64,000 bases of DNA. Source: Octopus sinensis. Its lineage: Eukaryota. The notes under the pieces were generated by a model. It made no database searches, was not told the DNA's origin, and saw nothing but the letters and a program-made list of their open reading frames with translations. The DNA lies in assembly GCF_006345805.1 (NCBI RefSeq), contig NC_042999.1, positions 91,884,001 through 91,948,000 on the forward strand. Reading direction: 5' to 3'. The translations under genes and the position numbers were made by a program. Shown piece after piece: positions 14,782-27,880 of the stretch. Each line of letters begins with the position of its first letter. Position 1 is the first letter of the stretch.

Positions 14782-14991
14782 CGCCATGTTGATCCGCTAG
14801 CTTCTGCACGCATTATTTTTCTCTCCTTGTTTCTCTCCGTGTTTCTTTTCTGTGTATCTTTCTGTTGAAGAGCGTAGGCTCGAAGTATAAAAGACTTGTT
14901 TTATTTATATTCCTGAGCGCCATACTAATACAATTGTTTGTTTGTATTCCACCTGCCTTCGTCTTTTGTTTATTTTCATAAAGCTTCCGTT
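14779..14991 (+). mobile_element. Probable Penelope-like element terminal repeat fragment
   Basis: CTGTTGAAGAGCGTAGGCTCGAAG motif followed by TCCTGAGCG..CTAATAC, with TA runs on both sides. A homologous segment lies at 37900-38130 on the minus strand. Family assignment is from motif recognition only. Confidence 0.55.
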
Positions 14992-14998
14992 ATATATA

Positions 14999-15071
<73 letters not shown>

Positions 15072-15424
15072 GAGTACAGGACACCACAAATAACGTAGAA
15101 CACAACGAGAAACGAAAACATAAAACCAGACAAGGACACTGATCCATCGTTCGGTTACTCATTTAGAACTGACCACACGAAGGGAACCTGAAATGAAGGT
15201 TTTTGCTCAAGAACACAAAGTACCACTCGTTCCAGGAATCGAAACTGCGACAGCATGTTCGCGAATTCCTGCCACGTCGCATGCACATGTAATATGTACA
15301 CGCCATTGAATGCACGTATGTAGATATATATGTATGTATGTATATATATGTATGTATATGTAGGTATGGTTTCAGGCACATATACATTACATATATACAT
15401 GCATGCATACATACATGCACGCAT

Positions 15425-15477
<53 letters not shown>

Positions 15478-15921
15478 TGGGCTATGATCTGCACAGAAGT
15501 AAATAGAGTAAAATGTAATTTTACAATTAATTTCTGGCGTTGTAATATTGAATTATCTTCAACTAGCTAAAAGTCAACAACCCACTATAGGAACAGGAAA
15601 ATCCCTCGTGAAATGCCTGTTAGGATTTTTCGGAGTTTGATTAATCGCATTTCATGCTATCAAGTGCCCACAGACATATACTGGAGTGTCTTAACAATAT
15701 TAGCAGCAGTCAGGCTGAATAAAACTAGATGCAAGCATGGCTGCCTGTTTCAGAAGCTCGCTTCCCAACCCTGTGGATTCGGGTTCAGTCCCACTGCGCG
15801 GCAAATTGGGCTGGTGCCTGCTGCTGTACCACTGGTCCAACGAATGCCTTGCGAATGAATTTATTAAATAGAAGCTGTGTGGAGGCCTGTCGTTTATCTA
15901 TCTCTTAAGTTTGAGTATGTT

Positions 15922-15953
<32 letters not shown>

Positions 15954-16763
15954 ATATGAAAACATAAGCATGTCGTCTTACACCCTCCACTGGACAACTA
16001 GTGTTGGTACGTATAAGACCCTTCGGCGATAGAAGGTGACAGATAAAGTATAGGACTATAAAAAAAATAATAAGCAGTGCGAGCGCTAAAAGATAAAGAA
16101 CTTTAGTATTTATTTCGTGATAGCAAACCGCAATATTTATATATTTATAAGTTAGTATTGCGCCCCTAGATCAGGGTAACAACCGTCTAGTGTGACCTTG
16201 TCTTCAGTGGATTCTGAGTACATATATTTATAAGATATCATTGCTCTTTGTGCAAATACGTATATATATATATATATATAGATAGATAGATAGATATGTA
16301 TATATTGTTTTTATAAACGATCATGTATGTTTTCTGCGATGAATTGATAAGTGGTGTCGATTTTTATACTTATCGGAAATAATAATAGTAATTACATTCT
16401 ATAAACTTGAAGCTTATAAACGATCACTGTGTATTGACTAATGAAAATACTCTAACATTGGGGCATTTAAGCACGCGACGGAATAAAGTGGGTTTTCCTA
16501 ACGCGACTGTTTCTATACAACGCTGGTCACAATGCGCTTCTTTGCATTGTTGTAGTCTTTGAATGACGTTAACCCGCTGGCTATTCAGGTAGGCCAACAT
16601 GCTCTAAACGGAACACCAGTTACAGGTAATTTTCTCAAGAAGGCAACACGCCGCGGTTCAGTGAATCGAAACCACGACCGCGAGTGCAACTTCCTAATCA
16701 CTGGACCACGCACCTACAAACACACACACACACACACACCACACACACACACACACACACACG

Positions 16764-16810
<47 letters not shown>

Positions 16811-16999
16811 ATGTATGTCTGTATATATGTCCAAGCGTAAAGAACTTCGCATTGCAATTATGAGATCTTGATTTCATGGGATATAAACAGAATCATGTGT
16901 TTACTTGTAGCACAGTCAAGAGTTGGGAATGAAATCGTTTAAGATGGAGGACTGTGTAAAAGCTTGCATGTTAATAGAGTGTCTACCAGTTATATATAA

Positions 17000-18355
17000 T
17001 GTGGTGTACTGATTCTTCCAGAGTTCATCAAACTGCAGCTTCTGTCCACTTAGCACTACTTCTTCTCGGGTTCACATTCCTCATCTACCGCCACCTTGAA
17101 AGAACTTCTCTTGCCTTCATAGCTAACTTGATGCTTTTCCATCTACCGACCCCTGAAAAAGCCAGCGTGCAGCGTGTTGCAAGCTCTGCAGAGAGACTGG
17201 CTAACAACCTCTACATCTCACATTAATGTGAGCACATCTCATATCAATGCGCTTGCCAGCAATTATTTAGTCATAACTCAACCAGCCCAGCTAAAATGGA
17301 ATCAAGAGTTCTAAAGAGCCATCAGACTGGATGCTTCCAATGTTTGTAGCGAGTCTTACCTTAGTGACGATAAGTGACAGTTTCTAGGAACTCCAGCTGC
17401 TTCCCAGGTCAACTTCCAGCTCCCATTCTTGTTTAGTTATTGATTGGCCCTGGGTGGTGGTTATCGTTGCTAAAGTCTTCCCACTAGCAAAAAGCAATAT
17501 GCCTCTTCGTCGAGCGGAGATATCTATACTGGCTAACATTACTGCGGATGGTGTATGTTATGACTTTCAGGATCTGGCCGCGCATTCTTCTCCCAGATAA
17601 CATTAAGGAAGTGCTCCAAGATTTCTATTAGACGCAAGTGGAAAGGTGGTGATTCCATATTTCCCAAGCAGAACAAGTTTTATAGGCTCGGCGGGAGGTC
17701 GTAAACTGCCAGAGACATGAATTTTATCCAGTGTAGCGCCGTTCTCCTGAGTTCAGGCAGTGGACCTTTGCATGTCACCGCTTGCTCCCATCTTAAGCAG
17801 CCAACCTGGTACCGCATTCAAAAAATCTTGTTGATTCACTTCTTCTCAATCGACCCTCTCGCCACATTTTAGATCAGTTGTCTCCTTACACGTTTTCCTT
17901 GTACCTTGTCATAGAAAGGTGTTGCGCTAACATCCAGGACAACCCTTCTACGGGGTACAATTCTCACTAACACTCTAAGTCTTAGCCAAAATTCTGGAAA
18001 CATACAGCCTCTGCTGCTCTCCACTTACATCCTAGCCTGATCCCAATATCATACTGAGAAACTTTTAGCTTGTAACATCTACTCAGGACGGTTGACATTG
18101 ATTTCTTCTTTCAGAGTGATAATAAGGAGTTTTAACTTGTTATACTGCCCATACAGAGATATGCTGCTCAGGGACCTAAAAAGTCCCAGCTATTTACGCA
18201 GAAATCTGTTGACTCTCCTCTCATAGATCACGTGGACATTGGTACCTTATACAGCGTAGCCAAAGAATCTGCGATGGGATCCATATTGGTCAATCCAATC
18301 CTTGGGGCTTGCCAGGTGAACCCGACTTTTCTACTGTGCGTAACCAGGCTTCCAA
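17000..18355 (-). mobile_element. Degenerate Hero-clade (R2-group, RLE-type) non-LTR retrotransposon, 3' part
   Basis: Minus-strand translation with many stops and frameshifts follows the Hero pattern: WLRTVEKSG.PGK, LYGQYNKLK, GCKWRAAEAV, IKF..AVYDLP.P.NL..WG, WELEVDLGKQL.F, ELLIPF, EVVSQSLCRACNTL.F.G.GRWKSIKL. Confidence 0.8.
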
Positions 18356-18367
18356 TATATATGAACG

Positions 18368-18415
<48 letters not shown>

Positions 18416-18542
18416 TGCATGCAATACACATGCATACATACATAATACATACATTCATAATCGTTAGAGGTGGTCAGGAAAATTGCTTTGCGGGGAAATC
18501 TCCATAAGATCAACGATAAACTTAGGCTTTCTTTCTTTAGGA

Positions 18543-18608
<66 letters not shown>

Positions 18609-18957
18609 CCAATGTATATATTTATATCTTTCTATATTTGCATATATAGCGCCAGATAATTACAATTATGCAATGTTATTACCAGTTCGAATCTGCCAGT
18701 GGCGCTTTCGAACTCGTAAACAAGCCATTCACTTTGTTTTGAATGGTAAAAATTTATCGCTATAGACAAATGGTAATTACAATTGTATATAAACGCAAAA
18801 GAATTATTAACTGAAAAAATAAAAATTTTTCAAGAGTGGCATCGATCTTTTGAAACTGTCCTGAAACTGTTGGAAGGGCTTTCCAAAAAGTAGGTGTCAT
18901 TGTTGCCTTTAACATGCATTACACCACACACACACACACACACACACACGTACACAT

Positions 18958-19280
18958 ACTGGATCACCGTAGGTTACGACTACGTGGGTCCCAGTTGATC
19001 CGATCAAGGAAACAAACGGCTCGTGAAGTTAACGTGCAAGTGGTTGAGCACTACACCATCACGCGTGCCCTTATCATAGTTCTCAGGGAGATTCAGCTTG
19101 ACGCAAAATGTGACAGGGCTGGCCCTTTGAAATGCAGACACTACTCAATTTTGCCAGCTGAGTAAACTGGAGCAACGTGAGATAAAATGTCTTGCTCAAC
19201 GCGGTGCCGAGTATCCAACACAACACGGCGCCAGGTATCGAACTCACGACCTTGCGATTATGAACCGAGCCACGCACCTT
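18958..19280 (-). mobile_element. tRNA-derived SINE-D, near full length
   Basis: tRNA-like head, central TTGAGCAAGACATTTTATCTCACGTTGCTCCAGTTTACTCAGCTG and a tail. Related segments at 15150-15290, 22050-22170, 28420-28570, 31155-31370, 38169-38423 and 61930-62080. Confidence 0.8.
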
Positions 19281-19731
19281 CATATCGCACGCACACCCCT
19301 TCACACACACATTCAGACGCACTCATGTACATATATACACAAAACCACCAGATCCTCAGGTGTTTTTAGCGGAGTCAAGGGTAATTTTTCGATACTTCAG
19401 AAAGTATTGACTATCCATTGAAACATAATGTAGTTCTATATAAGATGAAAATTATCATATGAAAATTCTTTATATGATAAAAATTATGGCGGTTACCACT
19501 GGATTGTCTTTGATCATGTATGGTTTTGCAAGTAAAAAGAACCAAAACAACAGGATTAATTTTGTACACTAACAATCATAATAATCAATAGCCGTTCGTG
19601 TGTGTTTCGGTGTGCTCGCACTTATGTTTATCTATGTGAATTCTATTCAATGGTGTTTTGCTTAGAATTTATGATATGAAATATCTGTCAAATGTAAATT
19701 AACAAATTTATGATACCTTACTTAATTCTAC

Positions 19732-19915
19732 TCTAGGCATAGGAATGAAATTCTCGGGAAGGGGCCAGTCGAATGCATCGATCCCTGTGCATCGATCCCT
19801 AGCCCTTATTTTATCTATCTCGGATTAATTTGAAGTGAAATCGTAAAGAACTGATATAAATGTTGCTAAGCGTTTTGTTCGACGTGCTAACGATTCTGCT
19901 AGTTCGCTTCCTAAT
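19732..19915 (-). mobile_element. Degenerate SINE-A
   Basis: Reverse-complement head (GCTAACGATTCTGCTAG) and tail I (CTACTCTAGGCA). Confidence 0.75.
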
Positions 19916-19924
19916 TGACTGAAG

Positions 19925-20860
19925 TATGGGTCATCCCATAAATAATGCGGTTTTTTTATACTTCTTTTCTTTTTCAAAATTAAGATGAAAATGTTGAAGG
20001 TTGCAGAATAAATGATAATGAGATGGGCAATGTTCAGTTAATATGAGGGGCGGGGCATCGTTTCCAATTCAAACTGGACCAGCCTTTAGAATGTCATCCT
20101 CACTGTATGTGGCCGAGCATTATCCTGATGGAAAAACATCTTTCGTCTTGAAACCAAAGATGGTCGTTTTTCTTCTCGTGCTGGCTTAAGCCATTGAACT
20201 AGCACGCAGTAGATCTCCTCTGTTTGGTTTGGGTTTAAATGTTCAAAGTGGACTAAACCTTTCATATCACACTAAATAGATAAGAACACCTTACGTGTGG
20301 GAAGACCTTCTTTAGCCTTGAATGCCGGTGTTTCTCCTTTCCCTACCCACTGTCTTCGGCGCTCGACATTCTTAGAGAGAACCCATTTCTCGTCACCAAC
20401 GACTATTCCGTCTAAGATAAATTCATTCGGGAGACGTAATAGCAAAAAAGAACACACATTCCCTCTCTGCGCATGATTAGACTCGGAAAGTTTGTGAGGA
20501 ACCCATTGACGCAATTTGCTGACTTTTCCGGTGGCAGGCAGATATTGATGAAAGGTTGAATGACCAAATCCAAGCTATTTTGCTAGTTCCTCAGCAGTTA
20601 CGATGGGATTTTTTTTTCCACCAGAGTTTGCAGGACGTCCTCGTTGAGCTCTACAGATCTTCCAGGATGAGGATCGTCTTCTAGGCTGTCGTTTCCGGCT
20701 CGGAATCTCTGGGACCACCGTTGACACTGGCTTATGCTTATTGACCGATCCCCGTATACTGCGTTAATATTCCTCGCACTTTCTGTTGTTGCCTCAAGTG
20801 AATTCACAAAGCAAAATATGCAGAATATGCTCCTTTGTCACTTCCATTATAGCTTTACAA
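19925..20860 (-). mobile_element. Mariner-family transposon remnant (pseudogenised transposase)
   Basis: Minus-strand translation: ATESARNINAVYG (HTH region), QWVPHKL, GDEKWVL, HQDNARPHT. One probable TIR with TA at 19925-19950; the opposite TIR was not found. Confidence 0.92.
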
Positions 20861-22445
20861 AAACAGTTTTAAAAAACAGTTAAAATCGAACTGCACTCTT
20901 CAAAACCTCTTCTAAGAATAGCACAAGGTAAAATTACTACTTGCTTTTATAGCAAGTTGATGCAGGTAGTTTATCCAGAACCCCTCCAACATTTAGTTCC
21001 AGCAGTTGAAAAAAAAGGAATTTTGATGGGATAAGCCAATGGTACAGAACAAAACGGATTCTGTAAAGAATCACATCTACCGAGGATTTGAATCTGCAGT
21101 AAATGAGCCCACCGCTACATTGTTTATATAGAAGACATTTTTGAGAGATGTTAGTAAAAGACAGGCACCGTTTCAATGTAGCAAAGATCTATTGCAGTTC
21201 GTACGAACTAAAGTGAAAAGATTTATTGCTGTAGATCAGGATATTAGAATAAGCAGCCAAATGTCCCTGCTTTATAGAATAAAGGCACAGTGGACTTGAG
21301 AAAAATAAAGTGGGGCCGGATAGTCATTATTTTAAAACTTTTAATTAGAGATTTAGTCAATCAGAGCTGACCAACAGCCTTGCAACAACGAATTCTTATT
21401 GAGGACTTTACTGTTGCGGGTGAAGGTGGAAGTGGTGGTGGAGTTGGTAGTGTGTGGAGCCAAATTCAACTGTGACACGCAAATCAAGGTTGAACGGGTT
21501 ACAGCGGAATAAGTGCGCAATACACAGATCTGTTATTCCAGATACCACATACCCATGCTGAGCCAATGACTTCCATACTGCAGGCTCCAACACCTAATGT
21601 TGAATTGCATGACATGCAGAATCAAAATCTGGACGTCATATCCAGATATTTCAATTATTTTCCTACGCCGATATAGACCATTCCAATTTATATTGATTCA
21701 CCGAATTAATGATTGATGTGGTCTTCATTTCTTACATTAATGTAATACAATAAGCTACTGTGAAGAATCAAACTTGACTCATGGTCTTCGCTTGGAGTTC
21801 GTGTGATATATTCCTGTCAAGACAAAGACGAAAAATCCTTAAAGCAATAGACGTTCTGAGTTCAAGTAGCGCCGAGGTTAACTTTGTCCTTCCGGAGGAA
21901 AATAAAAATGTTTCTGTATGTATGCGCGTGTATATATTTGTGTTTGTATGTCTGTGTTAATACTGTTTTGCGTCCTGAGACTCATATGGCCAGTTACTCG
22001 GATTCCCTGGCGTATAAGTGACCGAAGTCACATGACTCACTTCGACGGAACGCCAGTGCGTTTCAGAATTATTCATTTACAACTGAACGCACTGAACCAA
22101 CAGAGAATCGAAACTACAATTTTGCGATCTTGGTTGCATCACCCTAACCACTACACCGCGCGCCTTCACGCATGTGTGTGTGTGTGTGTGCAGAACTTTA
22201 CAATACCTTATTTAGCCGGAATGATTTATTATTTTCATTTTTACTTTTAGCCAGCCTGAACCATCTCTGCAAAAAAAAAAAAAATTGTTCTGCAAATCAA
22301 TAGTTTACAAGACATACGCAAATGTATAAATACAGAGTAAAGCTTAAACTATTGGATAAAATAAAGAACGCATTTGTTTTGAAGTTTCAGCTGTGGTCAC
22401 GCCAACTGCTGTACTTATGGCCTCATTAACCCTTCTTTTATATTT

Positions 22446-22675
22446 GATATTTGAAAGGCGGCAGAATCATTAGCAAGTCGAGCAAAATGCTTAGTGGTAT
22501 TTCGCCTGCCGTTACGTTCTGAGTTCAAATTCCGCCTAGGTCCACTTTCCCTTTCATCGTTTCGGGAAGGATAAAATAAGTACCATTTGAACTTGGGGAT
22601 GGGGGGAGATAAATTTAATCGACTTACCCCTCCTCCACAATTCCTGGCATTGTGCTGTGATTTGAAACCAATATT
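22446..22675 (+). mobile_element. SINE-A copy
   Basis: GGCGGCAGAATCATTAGC head, B box, body and tail I. Confidence 0.85.
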
Positions 22676-22846
22676 TGGCATTTGGTGAAATAGCGGGTTT
22701 GATGGTGCTGTCCTTATTCTCACTACCTGCTGAGAAGTTGTATCATCTGGTTTTCTTGACAGTAGGAAACCTACCGTGTAGTTTGAAGACGTCTGGATCC
22801 ACACCGTGTAGGACTCTCAGCTCCATTGGGAGGGTGTTGAGGATAT
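22676..22846 (-). mobile_element. CR1-group (L2/Crack/Daphne-like) LINE ORF2 C-terminal fragment
   Basis: LNTLPMELRVLHGVDPDVFK, then after a frameshift FLLSRKPDDTTSQQVVRIRTAPSNPLFHQMP; parallels the C-terminus of the ORF at 50482-51135. Confidence 0.7.
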
Positions 22847-23668
22847 ATATGCGTGTGTGTGTGTGTGAGTCTGTATACGTATATATATATATTATATATA
22901 TATATATATATAAGTTTGTACATATGTATATGCGTCTGTGTGCATTTATTTATACGTATGTATATTTATATATAGAAAACACGTGCACACATACACACAT
23001 CCAGATATATATGAACATACATAAATACATACATGTATACACACACACACACACACACATAAGTAAAGAAAGATTATATTCTTGAAAGTCATTAACTAAA
23101 ATAATTATCCGGAGTACAGAATATCATCAACTTTTTGGTAAGAATATACGAAAAAGTCTCCATCAGGGGTTGGTAACATTCTGTACTCCAAATAATTTTC
23201 TTAAATAGTTAATAACTTTAAAAACAAATATCTTTTTAAATATTGTGACTGTATCAAATTATGTTCGTATTTGTTAAAAGGACTTCTCAATATATATATA
23301 TATATATATATTATATATAACGAATTATATAACCGTGTCGTACTTTGGGATGATTCGGCGGGTAATTTAACTGGCCGCGTGCATACGTGCATATGTATTT
23401 ATGTATGGACGTTCGTATATGTAAGTATATCGTTTGTTCTGCATGTATATATCTGTATTTATGTACTCTTGATATATTCAACCGATGACGGTAAAGCTTA
23501 TTTAAAGCAAAACCAGAAATCCTGGATCTTGAATTATTCAATAATTTTTGCTTGTATATTTTGTCTATCTGTCTTATCTCATGGTGCGACACGAACCCTT
23601 AACGTGGTTTTTATAGTCAGAGTTTCGATTGCTATTTCGGCATGTTGGTGTCTCTTAGACACCCTCAT

Positions 23669-23785
<117 letters not shown>

Positions 23786-23793
23786 AACATATA

Positions 23794-24115
23794 GGCGCAG
23801 GCGTGGCTGTGTGGTAAGAAGCTTGCTTCCCAACCACATGGTTTCGGGATCAGTCCCACTGGGTGGTACCTTGGGCATTTTGTCTTCTGCTTTAGCTGCG
23901 GGCCGACCAAAGCCTTGTGAGTGGATTTGGTAGACGGAAACTGAAAGAAGCCCGTCGTATTTATATGTATGTATGTGTGTGTGTGTTTGTGTGTCTGTGT
24001 TTCTTCCACCCCCATCCCCCGCCAGCATAACTTGATGACTGATGTTGGTGTGTTTACATCCCCGTAACTTAACGGCTCGGCAAAAGCACCGATAGAATAA
24101 GTACTAGGCTTACAA
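23794..24115 (+). mobile_element. tRNA-derived SINE-B with internal microsatellite
   Basis: GGCGCAGGCGTGGCTGTGTGGTAAGAAG head, CCTTGGGCA core, internal GT/TA repeat and partial tail. Confidence 0.9.
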
Positions 24116-24376
24116 GCCGTGTTGAACCCAATATATTCTGGGGCATAAACTTTCAAACGGTCATCGATCATTAGCCTGGTCTTTACAAAAAGTTTTGTCT
24201 TTTGCGGGGTAGCTGCTCGCGATTTGGCATTTTATTAATGTTCTAGGTTATTTATTATTTATATTGGTTAGTTATCCATTGCTGTTTCCTAACCATTATG
24301 AAGTTGAAAACTTTCACAATGTTAACCTACTCACTTGGGTCGTGCACGTCATCGCTTTGGATTCCTCAGTTTTTGA

Positions 24377-24407
<31 letters not shown>

Positions 24408-24933
24408 TTTATGTGCGCTTATTTTCCGGCCAACCTCGGCAGCTGAACCCTTCTTTAGTATCTATCTTGTTTCTATGCGTGCAAGATGATCTCACTCAAC
24501 TGAAAAGTAGTGTATTTCGACTTCTTGACCCTGTTCGTTGGTTGCCTGCTCAGCTTCAGGTCATTGTTTCTTGGGATAAAGACGAGGCGATAACCACTTT
24601 CCACGCCGTTTCCTGAGATAGGACTACTAAAGGTGTGATAACTGTAGACTCCCATGCCCTTCCGCTGTTGCTGTTGCTGTTTGTCAACTTTCGGATGTAG
24701 CGCTTACCCTTCTTTGTAGAAAAAAAATTAAATCAGTCATGTTGCCAAATATCTAATGACTGGGTTTTTCCGCAGGGCACCACCAGCTTGCATTTATCTT
24801 ATCCTCAGAGAAAGCTAAATTTACTAACTTAATTACCTAGTTATATCTTGTTTATTAGTACAAAACCAGCAATGAAAATTGCATAAGGTAAAAAAAAAAA
24901 ACGAAAAGAAAAAGATAAAAAGAAACAAATAAT

Positions 24934-25145
24934 CTTTTCTACTCTAGGCACAAGGATCGAAATTTTGGGGGAAGGGGCCAATCGATTAGATCATCCCAGT
25001 ACGCAACTTGTATTTAATTTATCGATCCCGAAAGGATGAAAGGTAAAGTCGACCTCGGAGCAATTTGAACTCAGAACACAAAGACAGACGAAATACAGCT
25101 AAGCATTTTGCCTGACATGCTAACGATTCTGCCAGCTCGCCGCCT
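24934..25145 (-). mobile_element. SINE-A copy
   Basis: Reverse complement of head (CTGCCAGCTCGCCGCC), body and tail I. Confidence 0.9.
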
Positions 25146-26639
25146 GGAAAAATAGAAAACAGATAATGAAGCAATAAAAGCTTAATTTTGCTGCTCACGT
25201 ATCTCTCATCTCCGGTGTAATTATGGACGTATAAACGTAATTCGGTGACCAGTTATATAAGCGCTAATTTCATATAAACCGATCGCTTAGCATGTATCTG
25301 TTAACCTAGGAGCTTGTCAATAACGAATTATACAGCCACTAACCTATCATGTAATCTCATTTGTAAAATTTTTTGCTATCATTTCCAAGTGTTACTAATG
25401 AACAATATCTCTTTCGGAAAAGTTCAATCTATAATGGCAGTGTCTGAAATACTTATTTTTGAATTCTTTATTTTCTGTGTGAATTGAATTGAGGAAAGAA
25501 GGAAACAAAAGTGTGCCTGTGAGAGGTGGTGAAACAGAGTGGATTGAAAGGGGGCGATACACTTGCTGAAATATAGACAGAGAGGCAGAGAGAGGTAAAG
25601 AAATAGCAGTTATCAAGTTCAGAAAGCGTTGGGGTACTCACTGAAGAACTATCCGCCCACGTCTTGACGAAAACGGACAGTAGACCAAAAAACGTAATTC
25701 TTACAAAATCGTAAAAATAAAAAGTTTACTGCTGCAACCTAGCTGTAAGATTGAGTATTGTAAGTTTTCTGATAGTTCTCATTGTCGTCTGTAAATCAAT
25801 GATGGTTAAACTACGAGGCAGAATGCAATACAGGGAAAGAAATATCGTCTTAACCCACGTACTTGTCTTAATGAAAATAATGATTAAACGGACGGTAAAT
25901 TCGAATCCAATGTAATAATGTCCAAATACTGACTTCTATAAACGAGAACACCTACTTGATGCAACAGTGTTCCACGATATAGTCACTCGACCTTTTAGAA
26001 ATAGCATCAACATTTCTCTTTTTAATATTTCAAAAGCAGGAAGTTTTGATTAACCTTATCTTGGATAAACTGCTTGAAAATAAATTGAAATATTCATAGC
26101 TGAAACCCTTTGATCATAGATTCACTTGATTTGAATTTAGCTAAGGGTAAACCACAACGACAACGACGACGACGACAACTATTGGCAATTTTCAAATATT
26201 TACTACTTAGGGTAGATGAAGAACTAAATCAACTTTGTCTTGGATTGAATTTATTACGTAGAGCAGCGATACCACATGATCATATTGCGGTGTTTCACCA
26301 TTTCAGCGAAATCTCTTCTACTTTTAGGGGCTTAGAATTGTTGCTCTGATATAAGTATGAGCAACTACTTATTGAAATATCAATAAAGTGGATATGGAGA
26401 GCACAACTTCACGCAAAATATTTCTGGCAGAAATAAATGCATCGTTTCGTATATTTGCCACATATGATTCTTACTCTGTACCTGCGGCTCTCCCCATTCA
26501 AACACACACACGCGCGCACAAAGATGTATATACATATGTGTGTGTATGTGTGTATGCGTGTATGCATGCATGATTACTCCTGTAATTACTCCAGGTAACA
26601 TATAATCCTGTACAATCTGTTACATGCTCATGCCAAATC

Positions 26640-26860
26640 AATACGACTTACGCCTACCATGTTAAACCGATTATGTAGATTACAAGAAAGCATACAAGAT
26701 AGTCAAAGGCAGAGAAAAATACAACGCTTAATCAAGCAACAGAACGAGGGGTATATAAAAACCCAGATGGTGAATGATTGCACTGTGAGATCCCTTGGGG
26801 AAAGATGTGCCTTTGTAAGAAAATTTGTCTCAGAGGTAGCTACAGAAGGCTTCATAACCG
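26640..26860 (+). mobile_element. Possible very old CR1-group LINE 3' fragment
   Basis: Frames give KAYKIVKG, RTRG and VRKFVSEV, weakly resembling the CR1 ETYKIIKG..RTRGH..RKFFSQRV pattern. Confidence 0.3.
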
Positions 26861-27811
26861 ATGCGAGCTCTAGCTCGAAAAGGGAAATCTCTCAATTTAA
26901 ACCCTTTCTATTTTGTAAGCATTTTCGGTTGGGAAAAGAAACGAAGAAACGGCATGGCATATTCTGATATAAATCCTGTGTTTAGAATGGGCAGGTTGTT
27001 TCATATTTTTGTACCATTAATCACTTCTTTCGTTACTCAAAACTGGAATGTATGTTGTACAATCTCAATTCACAACTACCAAATGATCGTTTTGGTAATA
27101 CCTTATTTTCTTCCGATTTCCACTGGCAATGGGAACTTTTTTAAGCTCCTTGTGATGGAACTTTTGGTGGCGTGTACAGGTTTAACATACTAGGTGTATG
27201 CAATGGGAACCCTGCACATAGGCAGCCCTGATCATATAGTAAATGATACTATAGGTATCTTCATGGTTTCTTCTTGGTTGCCGGATATAATTCATTGAAA
27301 TTCTGGATGACCATGCAGTCTTTTGTAGATCTGCACTTCTTGCTCACAAGCATGTGAATGGGCTCGAAAAGGTACCCCAAACAAACGTGAATTCTCAAAA
27401 AGCGTAAGATACCTTCTCGGGATTAATAAGTCATAAAGAGGACTAGTAGGAATCAGAGTGTGATCACCATTGAAGTATAGACAAAGTGCAAACAAACACG
27501 TATATACTAAACAGACTAGCGGTGAGAGAAATAAGAGTATAAATACAATTCTTTGTTTTGAGGGGCGGAAAAAAGGAGAAAAATGACTCTCCTTGCGAAC
27601 CGTTTAACAGACTTTTGACGGCTCTTCTATAAATAATCACTCGGTTTTCTTGCTACTCAGAAGCACAGAATACTCAGCCATAAAAATATAGCAGTCACGA
27701 TTTTGGAAATTACCTTACTTAGTATAGTTGAGCTTTTCGCAGCTCATAGTTGATTTAAAAATGTACGATTTATACATAGTACAGACCTTTTATGCCTATA
27801 TCTATCAGTCT

Positions 27812-27880
<69 letters not shown>

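Noticed and set aside
21495-21680. 60-codon open frame ..QIPHTHAEPMTSILQAPTPNVELHDMQ.. with a TTATTCCAG acceptor
   Set aside because: No homology recognised, no partner exons, and it is surrounded by repeat debris.
27165-27230. Short element with hAT-like ends (TGGTGGCGTG..CAGCCCTG)
   Set aside because: The ends are not clear inverted repeats, no 8-bp TSD, single occurrence.
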